In this document: piece by piece, positions 41,615-52,308 of the stretch
Position numbering within the stretch: the first letter of the stretch is position 1
Layout: each line of letters starts with the position of its first letter
Assembly (NCBI GenBank): GCA_959606065.1
Contig: CAUHHV010000002.1
Coordinates: 56,575 to 120,574, forward strand
DNA from: an uncultured Collinsella sp.
Lineage (GTDB): Bacteria > Actinomycetota > Coriobacteriia > Coriobacteriales > Coriobacteriaceae
Length of the DNA: 64,000 nucleotides
Reading direction: 5' to 3'
The notes under the pieces: model-generated
What the model saw: the letters and a program-made list of their open reading frames with translations, nothing else
The model's database searches: none
What the model was told of the DNA's origin: nothing
Program-made: the position numbers and the translations under genes

Positions 41615-43600
41615 CTACGACAGGAAAATCCTCGTCCTGCCGCACGCGTCGATAACGACCGGCAAACGCGTGCCGTCACGTTCGACCAAAAAGCGCGCCC
41701 GCTGACGGCGCGAGCAGTCACGGCAACGGATCTGCCCCGTTGCATCCGTGGCGCAGGCGCCCTCGGCAGTCAGCAAGCAGTGCTCGCACACCATGAGCTC
41801 GGAACGGTCGGCATCGACAGGCCTCAAGACGCCGGGACAAGCGGCAAGCTCGGCAACACGCTCCGCATCATTGCCGAGCAACTCGGCCGACAAGTACACC
41901 CGCCCCGCCCCGAGTCCGCGCAGCCAGGTAAGCGTGACCCGATTCGCGCAGAACACCGGCGCCGCCACGTCAAACGTCATGCCCAGCTCGCGAGCGATCA
42001 CCACCTGTCCCAGGTTGCGGCAGACGACGCGCCCGGCACGCTGCATAAGTGAGCGGGTCCGATCAGCGTCACCCGTGCGGCACACCTCGTCCAGCACCAC
42101 AACGGCGTCGGACAAATCGCGTTCTCCGCGCGGATCGGCATCCATCAGCTGCCAAGCAAAAACCATGTGAGCGGGAACCGCGCGCTCCACCAACTCCGTC
42201 GACGCACCGCCATCCACCGCAACGTCCTCAAAGGGCAGCACCTCAACGGCACGCGCAACGGGCGCAATCGCATCCGCCTCGGCCCGCATGCGCTCCAACA
42301 CCGCCGCCGTCTGATCCAACACGCCGGCGCTGCGAATCAGATAGACCTCGCAGCCCGCGTCCACCTTACGTTTGCAATGCACGACGATGCGCTCTCCCGC
42401 AGCGGCATCCACGGGGCAAGGCACCTGTGGCCAGCGCTTGGGCACATCGGGACGCGCGTCGGCACCCGGGTAAAATCGGATTTCGAGCGTATCGCCCGCC
42501 GCCACGGCGGCATCAAGCTCAACCGTCACCTCTTCGTGACCCACCGCCACCAAGTGGCCCACGCGCACGCCCTGGTTGATCGCGCGCTCAAAGCTCATGA
42601 GCTCGACACCCGAACGACCCCGCAGGTAAGCATCGGTAAACCCACGGTTAAACGACCTTCCCAGCTCGCGTTCAAGCTCTTCCACGGCACCGGAGTCCCA
42701 CGCGCCGTCGCACAGCATATCGAGTGCCCGACGCCACACCCTCACCACGTTGAATACGTAATCGGGATTCTTCATGCGTCCCTCGATCTTGAGCGATGCC
42801 ACGCCGGCGGCAACAAGCTCGGGCAGGTGCGCGATACCCAGATAGTCACGCGGACAAAGCAGGCGGTCTCCCTCGACGGCAACAACACTCTGCCCCGCCT
42901 CGTCCACTAGGTCGTACGCCAGACGGCACGGCTGCGTGCAGTCGCCGCGCATCGCCGAGCGCCCACGCCGCAAGGCCGAGAACTCGCACGCCCCCGAATA
43001 GCCGATGCAAATCGCACCGTGGCAGAATACCTCGATGGGCACGCCCGTGGCACATAGCGCCGCAATCTCGTCGACCGTCAGCTCGCGTGCCGTCGTCACG
43101 CGCTCGACCCCCAGCTCATCGGCGGCAAGCCGCACGGCACCCTCGCTATGAGCGCCCGCCTGCGTGGACAGGTGAATCTCGACCCCGGGAATCGCCGCGC
43201 GCAGCGCGCAGGCCAACCCGGCATCGGCGACAATCAGAGCACCGGCGCCCAGCTCCAGTGCATGAGCTCCCAACGCCACCGCGTCGGACAACTCATCGTC
43301 AAACACGAACACGTTGAGCGTCACGTACACACGCACGCCATGGGCATGCGCCACGGCGCAGCCGCGCGCAAACTCGTCATCCGTAAAGCCATGGGCGCCC
43401 ACACGGGCGTTAAAGCCGCCCAACCCCGCATAGATGGCATCGGCGCCCGCGGCGATGGCCGCAAGCATCTGGTCGAGTCCGCCCGCCGGCGCCAGCAACT
43501 CGGGCAGCGCCGCACCGGCAGCATCCAATCCAGTCTCGTATTGTCCGCTCGGCCCCATCGCCCGAATCGCCATCGGCAAACTCCTTACCAAGGTATGCAT
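41615..43600 (-). CDS. peptidase U32 family protein (collagenase-like)
   Basis: N-terminal region ELLAPAGGLDQMLAAIAAGADAIYAGL...VYVTLN and a cysteine-rich core, typical of U32 peptidases. Confidence 0.75.
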   Translation of the reverse strand: MHTLVRSLPMAIRAMGPSGQYETGLDAAGAALPELLAPAGGLDQMLAAIAAGADAIYAGLGGFNARVGAHGFTDDEFARGCAVAHAHGVRVYVTLNVFVFDDELSDAVALGAHALELGAGALIVADAGLACALRAAIPGVEIHLSTQAGAHSEGAVRLAADELGVERVTTARELTVDEIAALCATGVPIEVFCHGAICIGYSGACEFSALRRGRSAMRGDCTQPCRLAYDLVDEAGQSVVAVEGDRLLCPRDYLGIAHLPELVAAGVASLKIEGRMKNPDYVFNVVRVWRRALDMLCDGAWDSGAVEELERELGRSFNRGFTDAYLRGRSGVELMSFERAINQGVRVGHLVAVGHEEVTVELDAAVAAGDTLEIRFYPGADARPDVPKRWPQVPCPVDAAAGERIVVHCKRKVDAGCEVYLIRSAGVLDQTAAVLERMRAEADAIAPVARAVEVLPFEDVAVDGGASTELVERAVPAHMVFAWQLMDADPRGERDLSDAVVVLDEVCRTGDADRTRSLMQRAGRVVCRNLGQVVIARELGMTFDVAAPVFCANRVTLTWLRGLGAGRVYLSAELLGNDAERVAELAACPGVLRPVDADRSELMVCEHCLLTAEGACATDATGQIRCRDCSRRQRARFLVERDGTRLPVVIDACGRTRIFLS

Positions 43601-43735
43601 TCACTCTGAAAAATGCCGTCTTCCAGCATACACGAGGCCTCGCGCGCCCCGTTTGGTTTATCGTGTAATAACTTATGTCCATCCTGCCCCGACGGCACAT
43701 CCACCGTCCGGCACGACATACCTGGAGGTCAATAT

Positions 43736-45934
43736 ATGGGTCCTCGCCAACGACAGGGACGCAGCCGTTCAAAGACGCATGCTCTGCCCATAATCCTGCT
43801 CTCGTTTTTGGGCTTTCTGCTGATTGCGGGCGTGGCATTTGGCATCGGCATGGTCGGCAACGTCAACCGCTGGCTGTCCGATCTGCCCGACTACACCGAC
43901 GCCAACGCGTATCTGGTGAGCGAGCCCACCGAGATCGTCGACTGCAACGGCAACAAGATCGCGAGCTTCTACACGCAAAACCGCAAGTCTATCACCAAGG
44001 ACGAGGTCTCCCCCTACGTGCTGCAGGGCACCGTTGACGTCGAGGACGAGCGCTTCTACGAGCACGGCGGTATCGACCTGTGGGGTATCGCGCGTGCTGC
44101 GGTGGCAACCCTCGGCGGCGGGCACGAAGGCGCCTCGACGATCACCCAGCAGCTTGTGCGCAACACCATCCTGCAGGAGGAGCAATTCGACTCGACCATT
44201 GAGCGTAAGGTGCGCGAGGCCTACATCGCCATCAAGATGGAGGACATGTACTCCAAAGACGAGATCCTCATGATGTACCTCAACACCATCTATTACGGCC
44301 ACGGCGCCTACGGCATCGAGGCCGCAGCCGAGACCTATCTGTCCAAGAGCGCCGCCGACCTCACCCTGAGCGAGGCCGCGCTACTCATCGGCCTTCCCAA
44401 CTCGCCTTCGCAGTACGACCCCACGGTCAATCCCGATCTGGCACTGTCTCGCCGCAACAAGGTTCTCGACAACATGCTGCGCCTGGGCCACATCACCCAG
44501 GAGGAGCACGATGCCGCACAGGCCGAGCCCATCACCCTCAATGTGACCGAAATCTCGGGCAGCGGCGTCGACGTATACTCGCAGCCCTACTTTGTCTCCT
44601 ACGTCAAGCAGCTGCTGGAGCAGGAGTTCTCGACCGACGTGCTCTTTAAGGGCGGCCTGACCGTCAAGACCACCATCGACCCCACGATGCAGCAGGTGGC
44701 AGAGAATGCCGTCCGCGAGCAGCTCGACACGCTCTCGCTTGACGGCCTGGACATGGGCATGGTCGTCGTCGACCCCAAGACCGGCTACATCAAGTGCATG
44801 GTGGGCGGCTACGACTACAACGCCGACGAGAACCACGTAAACCATGCCACGGCCAAGCGTCCCGTCGGCTCCACCTTTAAGGCCTTTACGCTGGCAACTG
44901 CCATCCAAAACGGCATGAACCCCAACGTCACCCTCAACTGCAACTCGCCGCTCAAGGCCAAGGGCACCACGACCGAGGTCCAAAATTACGCCAACCAGAG
45001 CTACGGCAGCATCACGCTTAAGCAGGCGACGGCATACTCCTCCAACACCGGCTACATCCAGGTGGCGGAAGCCGTCGGCAACAGCAAGATCATCTCGCTC
45101 GTCAAAAAGCTCGGCATCGACCCCGCCAAGGACAACATCGAGGACGTTCCCGTCATGACGCTCGGCACCGGCTCGATCTCGCCACTCGAGATGGCCGCCG
45201 CCTACGCGACGTTTGCCAACGGCGGCTACTATCGCCAGCCGATCGCCATCACCGAGATTGATTCTCGTACCGGTTCGGTGCTGTACCAGCACACCGACAA
45301 TCCCTCACAGGTGCTTACCGAGGGCGAGGCCGCCGCGGTCACCGATGTTCTGTCCGGCGTCATGAAGGGCAGCGGTACGGGTGCTGCCGGCGCCCTGAGT
45401 GTCAACCAGCCCTATGCCGGCAAGACGGGCACCACCGACAACACCACCAACCTGTGGTTCTGCGGCTATACCCCGCAGCTGGCGTGCGCCCTGTGGACCG
45501 GCTATTCCGCGGGCGAGATCCCCATCCAAAAGTACGGCACGGACCTGCTGGGCGACAGCACCAACCTGCCTGTCTTTAAGCGGTTTATGAACACCGTTCT
45601 GACCGGTACCGAGCGCGAGGAGTTTGCGACCGGAACGGCGCCCACCTACAAGAACAACAGCGTCTGGAAGTTCTACGGCACCAATAACACCAAGAAGTCG
45701 GAGAACGACGACAAGGACAAGGACGAAGAGGAAGAGGAAACCACCACAACGACTACCACGACGACCACGACCACCGAGACCACGGGCGGCGACACCACCG
45801 GCGGCACCGGTACGACCGGTGGCTCGACGGGCGGCTCCACTGGTGGTTCGACCGGCGGCGATGGCGGCACGCCTACGCCTACGCCCACTCCCACTCCCGA
45901 CCCCTCGCCCACGCCTGACGATACGGTCGGCTAA
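43736..45934 (+). CDS. class A penicillin-binding protein (transglycosylase/transpeptidase) with a Thr/Gly/Pro-rich C-terminal tail
   Basis: GT51 motif EDERFYEHGGID. Transpeptidase motifs STFK, SNT, and KTG (in AGKTGTT). The tail is TTTTTTTTTTTTETTGGDTTGG...PTPTPTPTPDPSPTPDD. Start at MGPRQRQ after a GGAGG ribosome-binding site. Confidence 0.9.
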   Translation: MGPRQRQGRSRSKTHALPIILLSFLGFLLIAGVAFGIGMVGNVNRWLSDLPDYTDANAYLVSEPTEIVDCNGNKIASFYTQNRKSITKDEVSPYVLQGTVDVEDERFYEHGGIDLWGIARAAVATLGGGHEGASTITQQLVRNTILQEEQFDSTIERKVREAYIAIKMEDMYSKDEILMMYLNTIYYGHGAYGIEAAAETYLSKSAADLTLSEAALLIGLPNSPSQYDPTVNPDLALSRRNKVLDNMLRLGHITQEEHDAAQAEPITLNVTEISGSGVDVYSQPYFVSYVKQLLEQEFSTDVLFKGGLTVKTTIDPTMQQVAENAVREQLDTLSLDGLDMGMVVVDPKTGYIKCMVGGYDYNADENHVNHATAKRPVGSTFKAFTLATAIQNGMNPNVTLNCNSPLKAKGTTTEVQNYANQSYGSITLKQATAYSSNTGYIQVAEAVGNSKIISLVKKLGIDPAKDNIEDVPVMTLGTGSISPLEMAAAYATFANGGYYRQPIAITEIDSRTGSVLYQHTDNPSQVLTEGEAAAVTDVLSGVMKGSGTGAAGALSVNQPYAGKTGTTDNTTNLWFCGYTPQLACALWTGYSAGEIPIQKYGTDLLGDSTNLPVFKRFMNTVLTGTEREEFATGTAPTYKNNSVWKFYGTNNTKKSENDDKDKDEEEEETTTTTTTTTTTTETTGGDTTGGTGTTGGSTGGSTGGSTGGDGGTPTPTPTPTPDPSPTPDDTVG

Positions 45935-45956
45935 GAAGTACGCGACTAAAGCCAAC

Positions 45957-46001
45957 AAGGCCCCGAGCAGCTTATTGAACTGCTCGGGGCCTTTTAGTTT
46001 G
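45957..46001 (+). terminator. candidate intrinsic terminator after the PBP gene
   Basis: Hairpin AAGGCCCCGAGCAG-cttattgaa-CTGCTCGGGGCCTT followed by TTAGTTTG. Confidence 0.6.
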
Positions 46002-46117
46002 AAGCGACTGGGCGGTCGTTATACCAGCAAACAAAAAAAGGGGATACCGACCAACGTCGACACCCCTTACAAGCCACTATGTAAGCGCACGCAGTGCCGA
46101 GCGCACGACCCGCACGC

Positions 46118-46555
46118 CTACTTGCGAGAATTGCTCAGCTTATTGATCAGCGCCTCGAGACGCTCGCCGTCCTCGGCCGTCTGGGCAATAACCAAAATCG
46201 TATCGTTGCCGGCAAGCGAGCCAAGCACATCGGGCAACTCTGCCGCATCAACGGCGGCGGCGATGCCGGAAGCCGTGCCAGGCTGAGCCTTGATCATAAC
46301 CAGATTATCGGTACGCAGAACGCCCGTTACGAGCTCGGAAACCATGCGCTGCAGGTGCAGGTCCTCTGCCAGAACATAGATGCCCTCAGGGAGCTTACGC
46401 AGCCCCATATCGGCAATATCGCGAGAGACAGTCGCCTGCGTGCAATCAAAGCCCATAGCACGGAGCTCATCGACCAGCACACGCTGCGTGCGGACGTCCT
46501 TATTGCGCACAATATCTCTAATGGCATCCTGGCGCCCATTGCGTTTTTTAGCCAT
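46118..46555 (-). CDS. argR: arginine repressor ArgR
   Basis: MAKKRNGRQDAIRDIVRNKDVRTQRVLVDELRAMGFDCTQATVSRDI... shows a winged-helix N-terminus and a C-terminal oligomerisation domain. Start trimmed. Confidence 0.85.
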   Translation of the reverse strand: MAKKRNGRQDAIRDIVRNKDVRTQRVLVDELRAMGFDCTQATVSRDIADMGLRKLPEGIYVLAEDLHLQRMVSELVTGVLRTDNLVMIKAQPGTASGIAAAVDAAELPDVLGSLAGNDTILVIAQTAEDGERLEALINKLSNSRK

Positions 46556-46687
46556 ACAAACCCTCACTCCAAAAGATGGCGGAGACAATCAATCAGTGAT
46601 TGAATAGTTTAACGCTATTTGAAGGCTTTTGTGTATAAGAACGCATTTCGAAACAATTCTATGCAAGTTTGTTTCGTAATGAGCCGT

Positions 46688-47728
46688 TTAGGCGGTTTTT
46701 GCGCCCGTCCGGTTAAGAAAAGCTGCCAGATGCGTACACATCACGCAACGCGCGGGCTTGGCGCTAGCGATCGGCCCAAACAACAGACCGAGCCCCCGAT
46801 GGTTATCCTTGAGCGCGGCGACCATCTGACGGGTTCGAGGCGCCTCGAGCATATCACGCATGCGGGCGGAACGCTCGATTGACGACACCCCATGCGGGCT
46901 CAGACACAAATTCTCGATGCAGGCGACCAGTCCGGCAAAGTAGAACTTTTGGCTTGCCAGCTTGAGCCGGCCACCGCTATCTGCTTCCGAGAGTGAGTCC
47001 GCAAGCTCGTCGAGTGCTCGGGTGTCATCGGATACCCTGGCATACATGGTGGGATCAAAGGCATCTGTAAGCTTAGGCGCCACCGCGTGGAAACAAGCGT
47101 CGCCGCATCCGGAGACGCGCTGCGCCTGCGAGAGCGCGCATGCCATAAACCCAACTGTGCGAAACGCCTTGTCGCACAAAAGGCATGCCTCAAACAGCGG
47201 ACGGCTATACATCACGCCAGAGACTTGAGCAACCAAGCCGCCTAAAATCAACTGAGGCAGCCCGGCCACCATCGAAGATTTGCTATCAATGGAAATATGA
47301 GTAGCATCCAAGACGCGCGAATGGCGCTCTCGATGTGCATCATAGCGGTCGAGCGACACCGTGGGGAACACTATGTCTGCCGCAGTATCGCACGCGATAT
47401 CGACCATCTTGGAAAGGGATTGCGGAGCAAACCACTCATCGGCGTTCATGGCGATGATTTGAGAGCCGCGCGAGGCAGCAAAACCGGCACGAAGACACGC
47501 GCCGCGCGTCGCGTCCTCGACGTCAATCAAATCAATATGGATGTCCCTGTCGGCAGCAACTTGAAGCGAATGGCGCACACCGGGCGCAGTATCGCGACAG
47601 ACAACGACAATCTGCAAATCGTAGAGGTCTTGGTTCTGGATACTCTCGAGCGCACGCATCGCATAGCTGGGCGAACCTTCTACCACAAGGATCACCGAAA
47701 GTCGCGGATGCGAGCCACGTCGAACCAA
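46688..47728 (-). CDS. glycosyltransferase family 2-like protein
   Basis: The N-terminal SVILVVEGSPSYAMRALESIQNQDLYDLQIVVVCRD resembles the GT2 nucleotide-binding fold. Confidence 0.55.
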   Translation of the reverse strand: MVRRGSHPRLSVILVVEGSPSYAMRALESIQNQDLYDLQIVVVCRDTAPGVRHSLQVAADRDIHIDLIDVEDATRGACLRAGFAASRGSQIIAMNADEWFAPQSLSKMVDIACDTAADIVFPTVSLDRYDAHRERHSRVLDATHISIDSKSSMVAGLPQLILGGLVAQVSGVMYSRPLFEACLLCDKAFRTVGFMACALSQAQRVSGCGDACFHAVAPKLTDAFDPTMYARVSDDTRALDELADSLSEADSGGRLKLASQKFYFAGLVACIENLCLSPHGVSSIERSARMRDMLEAPRTRQMVAALKDNHRGLGLLFGPIASAKPARCVMCTHLAAFLNRTGAKTA

Positions 47729-47889
47729 ATTATCCGTCCTCTCGACAGCAATGAATCAAACCGTGGTTCATGGTACACCCCGGCAATAAAAGCAATGAGA
47801 CACCGGTTGCATTGCACGCCAAGAACAGATGTTGCACACGCGCAGCCCACAGATGACAGGTGTCGACGCACGACACGTCGAGCCCTCCC

Positions 47890-48729
47890 CTAGTCGAGCA
47901 CGACAAGCTCGGCGGGATCGTAATCCACGCCCATAAACGTAAGGCCGCAGGCAGGAGCCGTGGGGCCCGCAGCGGTGCGGTCGCAAGCATCGATAACCTC
48001 GCGCATCCACTCGGGTTCACGGCGATGCATGCCAATCTCGACAAGCGTGCCCACGATCGTACGGACCATCGAATGCAGAAACGCATTGCCCTCGATGGTG
48101 AACGTCAGGATGTCCTCGCCAAACGCAACCTCATGGCCAAATTCGGCACGCATCACGCAGCGATGCGTGGGCTTGCCAACGGCCGAAGCAACCTTGCAAA
48201 AGCTTTTAAAGTCCTGCTCGCCCAGCAGTGCGGGGCAGGCAGCAGACATAGCCTCAACATCCAAGGGATAGCGATGCCACCACACGGCACCGCGCGAGAG
48301 CACGGGGCGCGCATCGCGATCGGCAATACGGTACGTATACGTACGGGACCGCGCGTCAAAGCGGGCAGAAAAGCCCCTACGGGCCTTGTAGACCTCGTTT
48401 ATGGCGATATCTTTGGGCAGGAGGGCATCCATAGCCCTCAGCCACCTACGGCGCGTCAGAGCAAGCTCAGCGTCCGTTACGGGCACGCTAATGTACTGGG
48501 CCACCGCATGCACGCCGGCATCGGTACGACCCGCACACGTCAGATCGATCGGGCGGCGCAGCAGCGTCTCGATAGCGCGGCGCAACTCGCCCGCAACGGT
48601 CGTCTGGCCCGGCTGCTCGGCAAATCCGCTATAGGACGAGCCATCATAGGCAACACAGAATACAAGCGTGGCATCGAGCTCAAGAATCGAATTGAAATCA
48701 GACGGCGCGGTCATGGGCGCTCCCAACAA
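47890..48729 (-). CDS. truA: tRNA pseudouridine(38-40) synthase TruA
   Basis: Catalytic GRTDAGVHA motif. Sits at the conserved position after rplQ. Confidence 0.9.
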   Translation of the reverse strand: MLGAPMTAPSDFNSILELDATLVFCVAYDGSSYSGFAEQPGQTTVAGELRRAIETLLRRPIDLTCAGRTDAGVHAVAQYISVPVTDAELALTRRRWLRAMDALLPKDIAINEVYKARRGFSARFDARSRTYTYRIADRDARPVLSRGAVWWHRYPLDVEAMSAACPALLGEQDFKSFCKVASAVGKPTHRCVMRAEFGHEVAFGEDILTFTIEGNAFLHSMVRTIVGTLVEIGMHRREPEWMREVIDACDRTAAGPTAPACGLTFMGVDYDPAELVVLD

Positions 48730-48748
48730 ACAATCAACGGTATCGCGA

Positions 48749-48780
48749 CAAAAAAAGAGGGGTACGCGAACGTACCCCTC
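48749..48780 (-). terminator. intrinsic terminator between rplQ and truA
   Basis: Minus-strand hairpin GAGGGGTACG-ttcg-CGTACCCCTC followed by TTTTTTTGTCG. Confidence 0.7.
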
Positions 48781-48806
48781 GAATATAGCCTATGCAGACG
48801 GAATGT

Positions 48807-49289
48807 CTACTCAGCGGTCTCCTCAGCAGGAGCCTCCTCGGCAGCGGTCTCCTCGGCAGCCTCGACCTTCTTGGGAGCAGCGGCCTTCTTGGGGGCCGGA
48901 GCAGCCTTCTTGGCCTTAGGCGTGCAAGGCTCGGTGACGAGCTCCATGATAACGATGGGAGCGTTGTCGCCCTTACGGTTACCGAGCTTCATGATGCGGG
49001 TGTAACCACCGTTGCGGTCCTGCCACATGCCCTGAGCAGCCTTGTCGAAAATCTCGGCAACGAGCTGCTTATCGCCGAGCTTGGCGATAGCCAGACGACG
49101 AGAGTGCAGGTCGCCCTTCTTGGCCCAGGTGATGATCGGATCGACGACCGAACGCAGCGCCTTAGCGCGGGTCTCGGTGGTCTTGATGCGGTCGTTCTCG
49201 AAGAGGGCCTTGGCCAGGCTCTTCTTCATGGCCTTGGTGTGGCTCGCATCGGTGCCGAGCTTCAGGCCCTTCTTAACGTTGTGACGCAT
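48807..49289 (-). CDS. rplQ: 50S ribosomal protein L17 with an Ala/Lys/Glu-rich C-terminal extension
   Basis: MRHNVKKGLKLGTDASHTKAMKKSLAKALFENDRIKTTETRAKALR... followed by KAKKAAPAPKKAAAPKKVEAAEE... Confidence 0.9.
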   Translation of the reverse strand: MRHNVKKGLKLGTDASHTKAMKKSLAKALFENDRIKTTETRAKALRSVVDPIITWAKKGDLHSRRLAIAKLGDKQLVAEIFDKAAQGMWQDRNGGYTRIMKLGNRKGDNAPIVIMELVTEPCTPKAKKAAPAPKKAAAPKKVEAAEETAAEEAPAEETAE

Positions 49290-49319
49290 GGTCTAGTTTC
49301 TCCTCAAATATGCGAAGCA

Positions 49320-50261
49320 TTAAGCCTTCAGGCTCAGGCCCATGGACTCAAGCTTGTCCTTCACTTCCTCGATCGACTTAACACCGAAGTTACGGATGTT
49401 AAGCAGATCGTTCTCCGAGAACTCAACGAGCTGACGGACCGAGTGAATGCTGGCGCGCTTAAGGCAGTTGTAGGAACGGACGGAAAGGTCCAGATCCTCG
49501 ATCTGCTTGTCCAGCTCGGCGTTGTCGTTGGTGACCTCGGGAGCGAAGATCGAAGCCTCCTCCTCGACCTCGGGGGTCTCGGCAAGGTTCATAAAGGCAG
49601 CCATATGCTGGTTGATGATATTGGCAGCCTGGACCACGGCGTCGCGCGGAGCGATGGAGCCGTTGGTCTCGATCTCGAGGACAAGGCGGTCGTAGTCGGT
49701 GTGCTGACCGACACGGCAAGCCTCAACGAGCTTGGCGCAACGGGACACCGGCGAGTAAAGCGAGTCGACGTGGATCACACCGATGGGATCGTTGTCGCGC
49801 TTGTTAGCCTCGCCAGAGACATAGCCGCGGCCATAGCCGATGCGCATGCTCATGGTGAGATGGCCACCCTCGGTGAGCGTAGCGATGTGCTGCTCGGGGT
49901 TGACCAGCTCAAACTCGGACGGAATAAAGAAGTCCGCACCGGTGACCTCGCAGGGGCCGTCAACCGAAATGGTGGCGGTCGCCTCGTCGGTCGTGCCGAG
50001 AGCCCTGAAGACAAGACCCTTGACATTCAGGACGATGTCGGTGACATCCTCGACCATGTTAGGGATGGTCATGAACTCGTGCTGCGCGCCATCGATCTGA
50101 ATAGCCTCGACGGCGGCACCCTCGAGCGAGGACAGAAGAACGCGACGAAGGGAGTTACCCAGCGTATCGCCGTAGCCACGCTCGAGCGGCTCGACGGAGA
50201 CACGAGCAGACGTCTCGTTAATCTCTTCGACCTGAACCTGAGGCCTAATGAATTCTGACAT
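49320..50261 (-). CDS. rpoA: DNA-directed RNA polymerase subunit alpha
   Basis: 313 aa with the conserved N-terminal dimerisation domain and alpha-CTD. Confidence 0.95.
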   Translation of the reverse strand: MSEFIRPQVQVEEINETSARVSVEPLERGYGDTLGNSLRRVLLSSLEGAAVEAIQIDGAQHEFMTIPNMVEDVTDIVLNVKGLVFRALGTTDEATATISVDGPCEVTGADFFIPSEFELVNPEQHIATLTEGGHLTMSMRIGYGRGYVSGEANKRDNDPIGVIHVDSLYSPVSRCAKLVEACRVGQHTDYDRLVLEIETNGSIAPRDAVVQAANIINQHMAAFMNLAETPEVEEEASIFAPEVTNDNAELDKQIEDLDLSVRSYNCLKRASIHSVRQLVEFSENDLLNIRNFGVKSIEEVKDKLESMGLSLKA

Positions 50262-50293
50262 GTATTACCTCCAGCCTCAGCAGCCCGGATGGA

Positions 50294-50890
50294 CTACTTA
50301 GAGTAGAGCTCGACGATGAGCTGCTCGTTGATATCACCGCTGATCTGCTCACGCGTCGGCAGAGCGAGCACGTTACCAGACAGCTTCTCGATATCGACCT
50401 CGAGCCAGCCAGGGACCTCGAAACGCTCGGAGGAAATCAGAGCCTCCTTGATGGGGAGGAGGTCACGGAACTTCTCGCCGACAGCGACGACGTCGCCGGC
50501 CTTGACGCGGTAGGACGGGATGTCCACGCGCTTGCCGTTCACGGTGAAGTGACCGTGACGGACGGACTGACGAGCCTCTTTGCGGGTGCGGGCGAAGCCA
50601 AGACGGAAGACGACGTTGTCGAGGCGAGACTCAAGGATGATCATGAGGTTCTCACCGGTGACGCCGTTCATCTTACGGGCCTTGTTGAAGTAGCCGTGGA
50701 ACTGCTTCTCCAGAACGCCATAGATAAACTTGACCTTCTGCTTCTCGCGCAGCTGCATGCCGTACTCAGATTCCTTGCGACGGCGCTTGGGCTGACGGAT
50801 AGATTCCTTCTTGCTGCTGTAACCGAGCTCAGCGGGATCGATCCCGAGCTGACGGCAGCGCTTAAGAACAGGAGTCCTGTCGATTGCCAT
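50294..50890 (-). CDS. rpsD: 30S ribosomal protein S4
   Basis: 198 aa with the S4 domain, in the conserved alpha-operon position. Confidence 0.95.
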   Translation of the reverse strand: MAIDRTPVLKRCRQLGIDPAELGYSSKKESIRQPKRRRKESEYGMQLREKQKVKFIYGVLEKQFHGYFNKARKMNGVTGENLMIILESRLDNVVFRLGFARTRKEARQSVRHGHFTVNGKRVDIPSYRVKAGDVVAVGEKFRDLLPIKEALISSERFEVPGWLEVDIEKLSGNVLALPTREQISGDINEQLIVELYSK

Positions 50891-50909
50891 ATTGATACGA
50901 TCCTTTCAG

Positions 50910-51314
50910 TTACACGCGGCGACGCTTCTTGGGGCGGCAGCCGTTGTGCGGGATGGGGGTCTTGTCCTGGATGCTCGAGACCTCGAGGCCAGCAGCCTGG
51001 AGGGAGCGGATGGCGGTCTCACGACCGGAGCCGGGGCCCTTAACGAAGACGGAAACCTTCTTCATGCCGTGCTCCATGGCCTGCTTGGCAGCAGCCTCGG
51101 CAGCCATCTGGGCAGCGAACGGCGTGGACTTACGGGAGCCCTTGAAGCCCACCTGGCCAGCCGACTTCCAGGAAATGACGTTGCCCTGGGGATCGGTGAT
51201 TGAAACGATCGTGTTGTTAAACGTAGAACGAATGTGAGCCTGGCCCACGGAAATGTTCTTACGGTCCGCGCGCTTCAGACGGGCAGCGCGAACGTTCTTC
51301 TTAGCAGTAGCCAT
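50910..51314 (-). CDS. rpsK: 30S ribosomal protein S11
   Basis: 134 aa conserved S11 sequence. Confidence 0.95.
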   Translation of the reverse strand: MATAKKNVRAARLKRADRKNISVGQAHIRSTFNNTIVSITDPQGNVISWKSAGQVGFKGSRKSTPFAAQMAAEAAAKQAMEHGMKKVSVFVKGPGSGRETAIRSLQAAGLEVSSIQDKTPIPHNGCRPKKRRRV

Positions 51315-51328
51315 CTATCTAGCGCTCC

Positions 51329-51703
51329 TTATTTCTTCTTCTTAGCACCGATCTGACGCTTCGGGCCCTTGCGGGTACGAGCGTTAGTGTGGGTGCGCTG
51401 GCCGCGGACCGGGAGGCCCTTGCGGTGACGAAGGCCGCGGTTGCAGCCGATGTCCATAAGGCGCTTGACGTTCTGGTTGCGCTCACGGCGGAGGTCGCCC
51501 TCAACCATGATCTGGTTCTTGTCGATATAATCGCGGATGGCGTTAACCTCATCCTCGGTGAGGTCCTTAACGCGCGTATCCACGTTAACGTTGCACTCGA
51601 CGCAAATCTTCGTCGCAGTGGTGCGGCCGATGCCGTAAATGTAGGTCAGACCGATCTCAACGCGCTTCTCACGCGGGAGGTCGACACCATTAATACGGGC
51701 CAA
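51329..51703 (-). CDS. rpsM: 30S ribosomal protein S13
   Basis: [26 protein letters not shown]... Confidence 0.95.
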   Translation of the reverse strand: MARINGVDLPREKRVEIGLTYIYGIGRTTATKICVECNVNVDTRVKDLTEDEVNAIRDYIDKNQIMVEGDLRRERNQNVKRLMDIGCNRGLRHRKGLPVRGQRTHTNARTRKGPKRQIGAKKKK

Positions 51704-51717
51704 CGTAGTCTCCTCTC

Positions 51718-51831
51718 TTAACCCTGACGCTGCTTATGACGGGGGTTCTCGCAAATGACGAGGACCTTGCCATGGCGCCTAATGATTTTGCACTTATCGC
51801 ACATCTTCTTGACCGAAGGACGTACCTTCAT
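51718..51831 (-). CDS. rpmJ: 50S ribosomal protein L36 (37 aa; below the ORF-track cutoff)
   Basis: Hand translation [37 protein letters not shown], between rpsM and infA. Confidence 0.85.
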   Translation of the reverse strand: MKVRPSVKKMCDKCKIIRRHGKVLVICENPRHKQRQG

Positions 51832-51978
51832 CGTTCTTCCTTTCGGTAGCGCTCAAACTACTTCCCTACTATCTACTCGCCCAGCCGCAGGCGTTTAAAA
51901 CTATGGCTGGTCTTCACACGCAAACCGACCGTAGGTTGAGCTAAGCCTGCAGTCGGAAAAGAGCGTGTATGTGTGTCG

Positions 51979-52203
51979 CTATTTATAGCGATAGGTGATG
52001 CGACCGCGGGTCAGGTCGTACGGGGAAAGCTCCACGACAACCCTGTCACCGGGGAGAATGCGGATGTAATTCATTCGAATCTTGCCAGAAATGTTGCACA
52101 GAACCGAATGACCGTTCTCGAGCTCAACCTTAAACATGGCGTTGGGCAGCGGCTCCTTTACCGTACCCTCGAGCTCAATTGCGTCTTCCTTCTTCACAAG
52201 CAA
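51979..52203 (-). CDS. infA: translation initiation factor IF-1
   Basis: [70 protein letters not shown]. Confidence 0.9.
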   Translation of the reverse strand: MLVKKEDAIELEGTVKEPLPNAMFKVELENGHSVLCNISGKIRMNYIRILPGDRVVVELSPYDLTRGRITYRYK

Positions 52204-52308
52204 TCATCTTTCTCTAGAAAACGACAGCGATTGAGTATTCTACAACACGTATACACGCATCGTAATAACTTCGTAATGGCTCCACAACTACGTGGAACTT
52301 GTTACATT

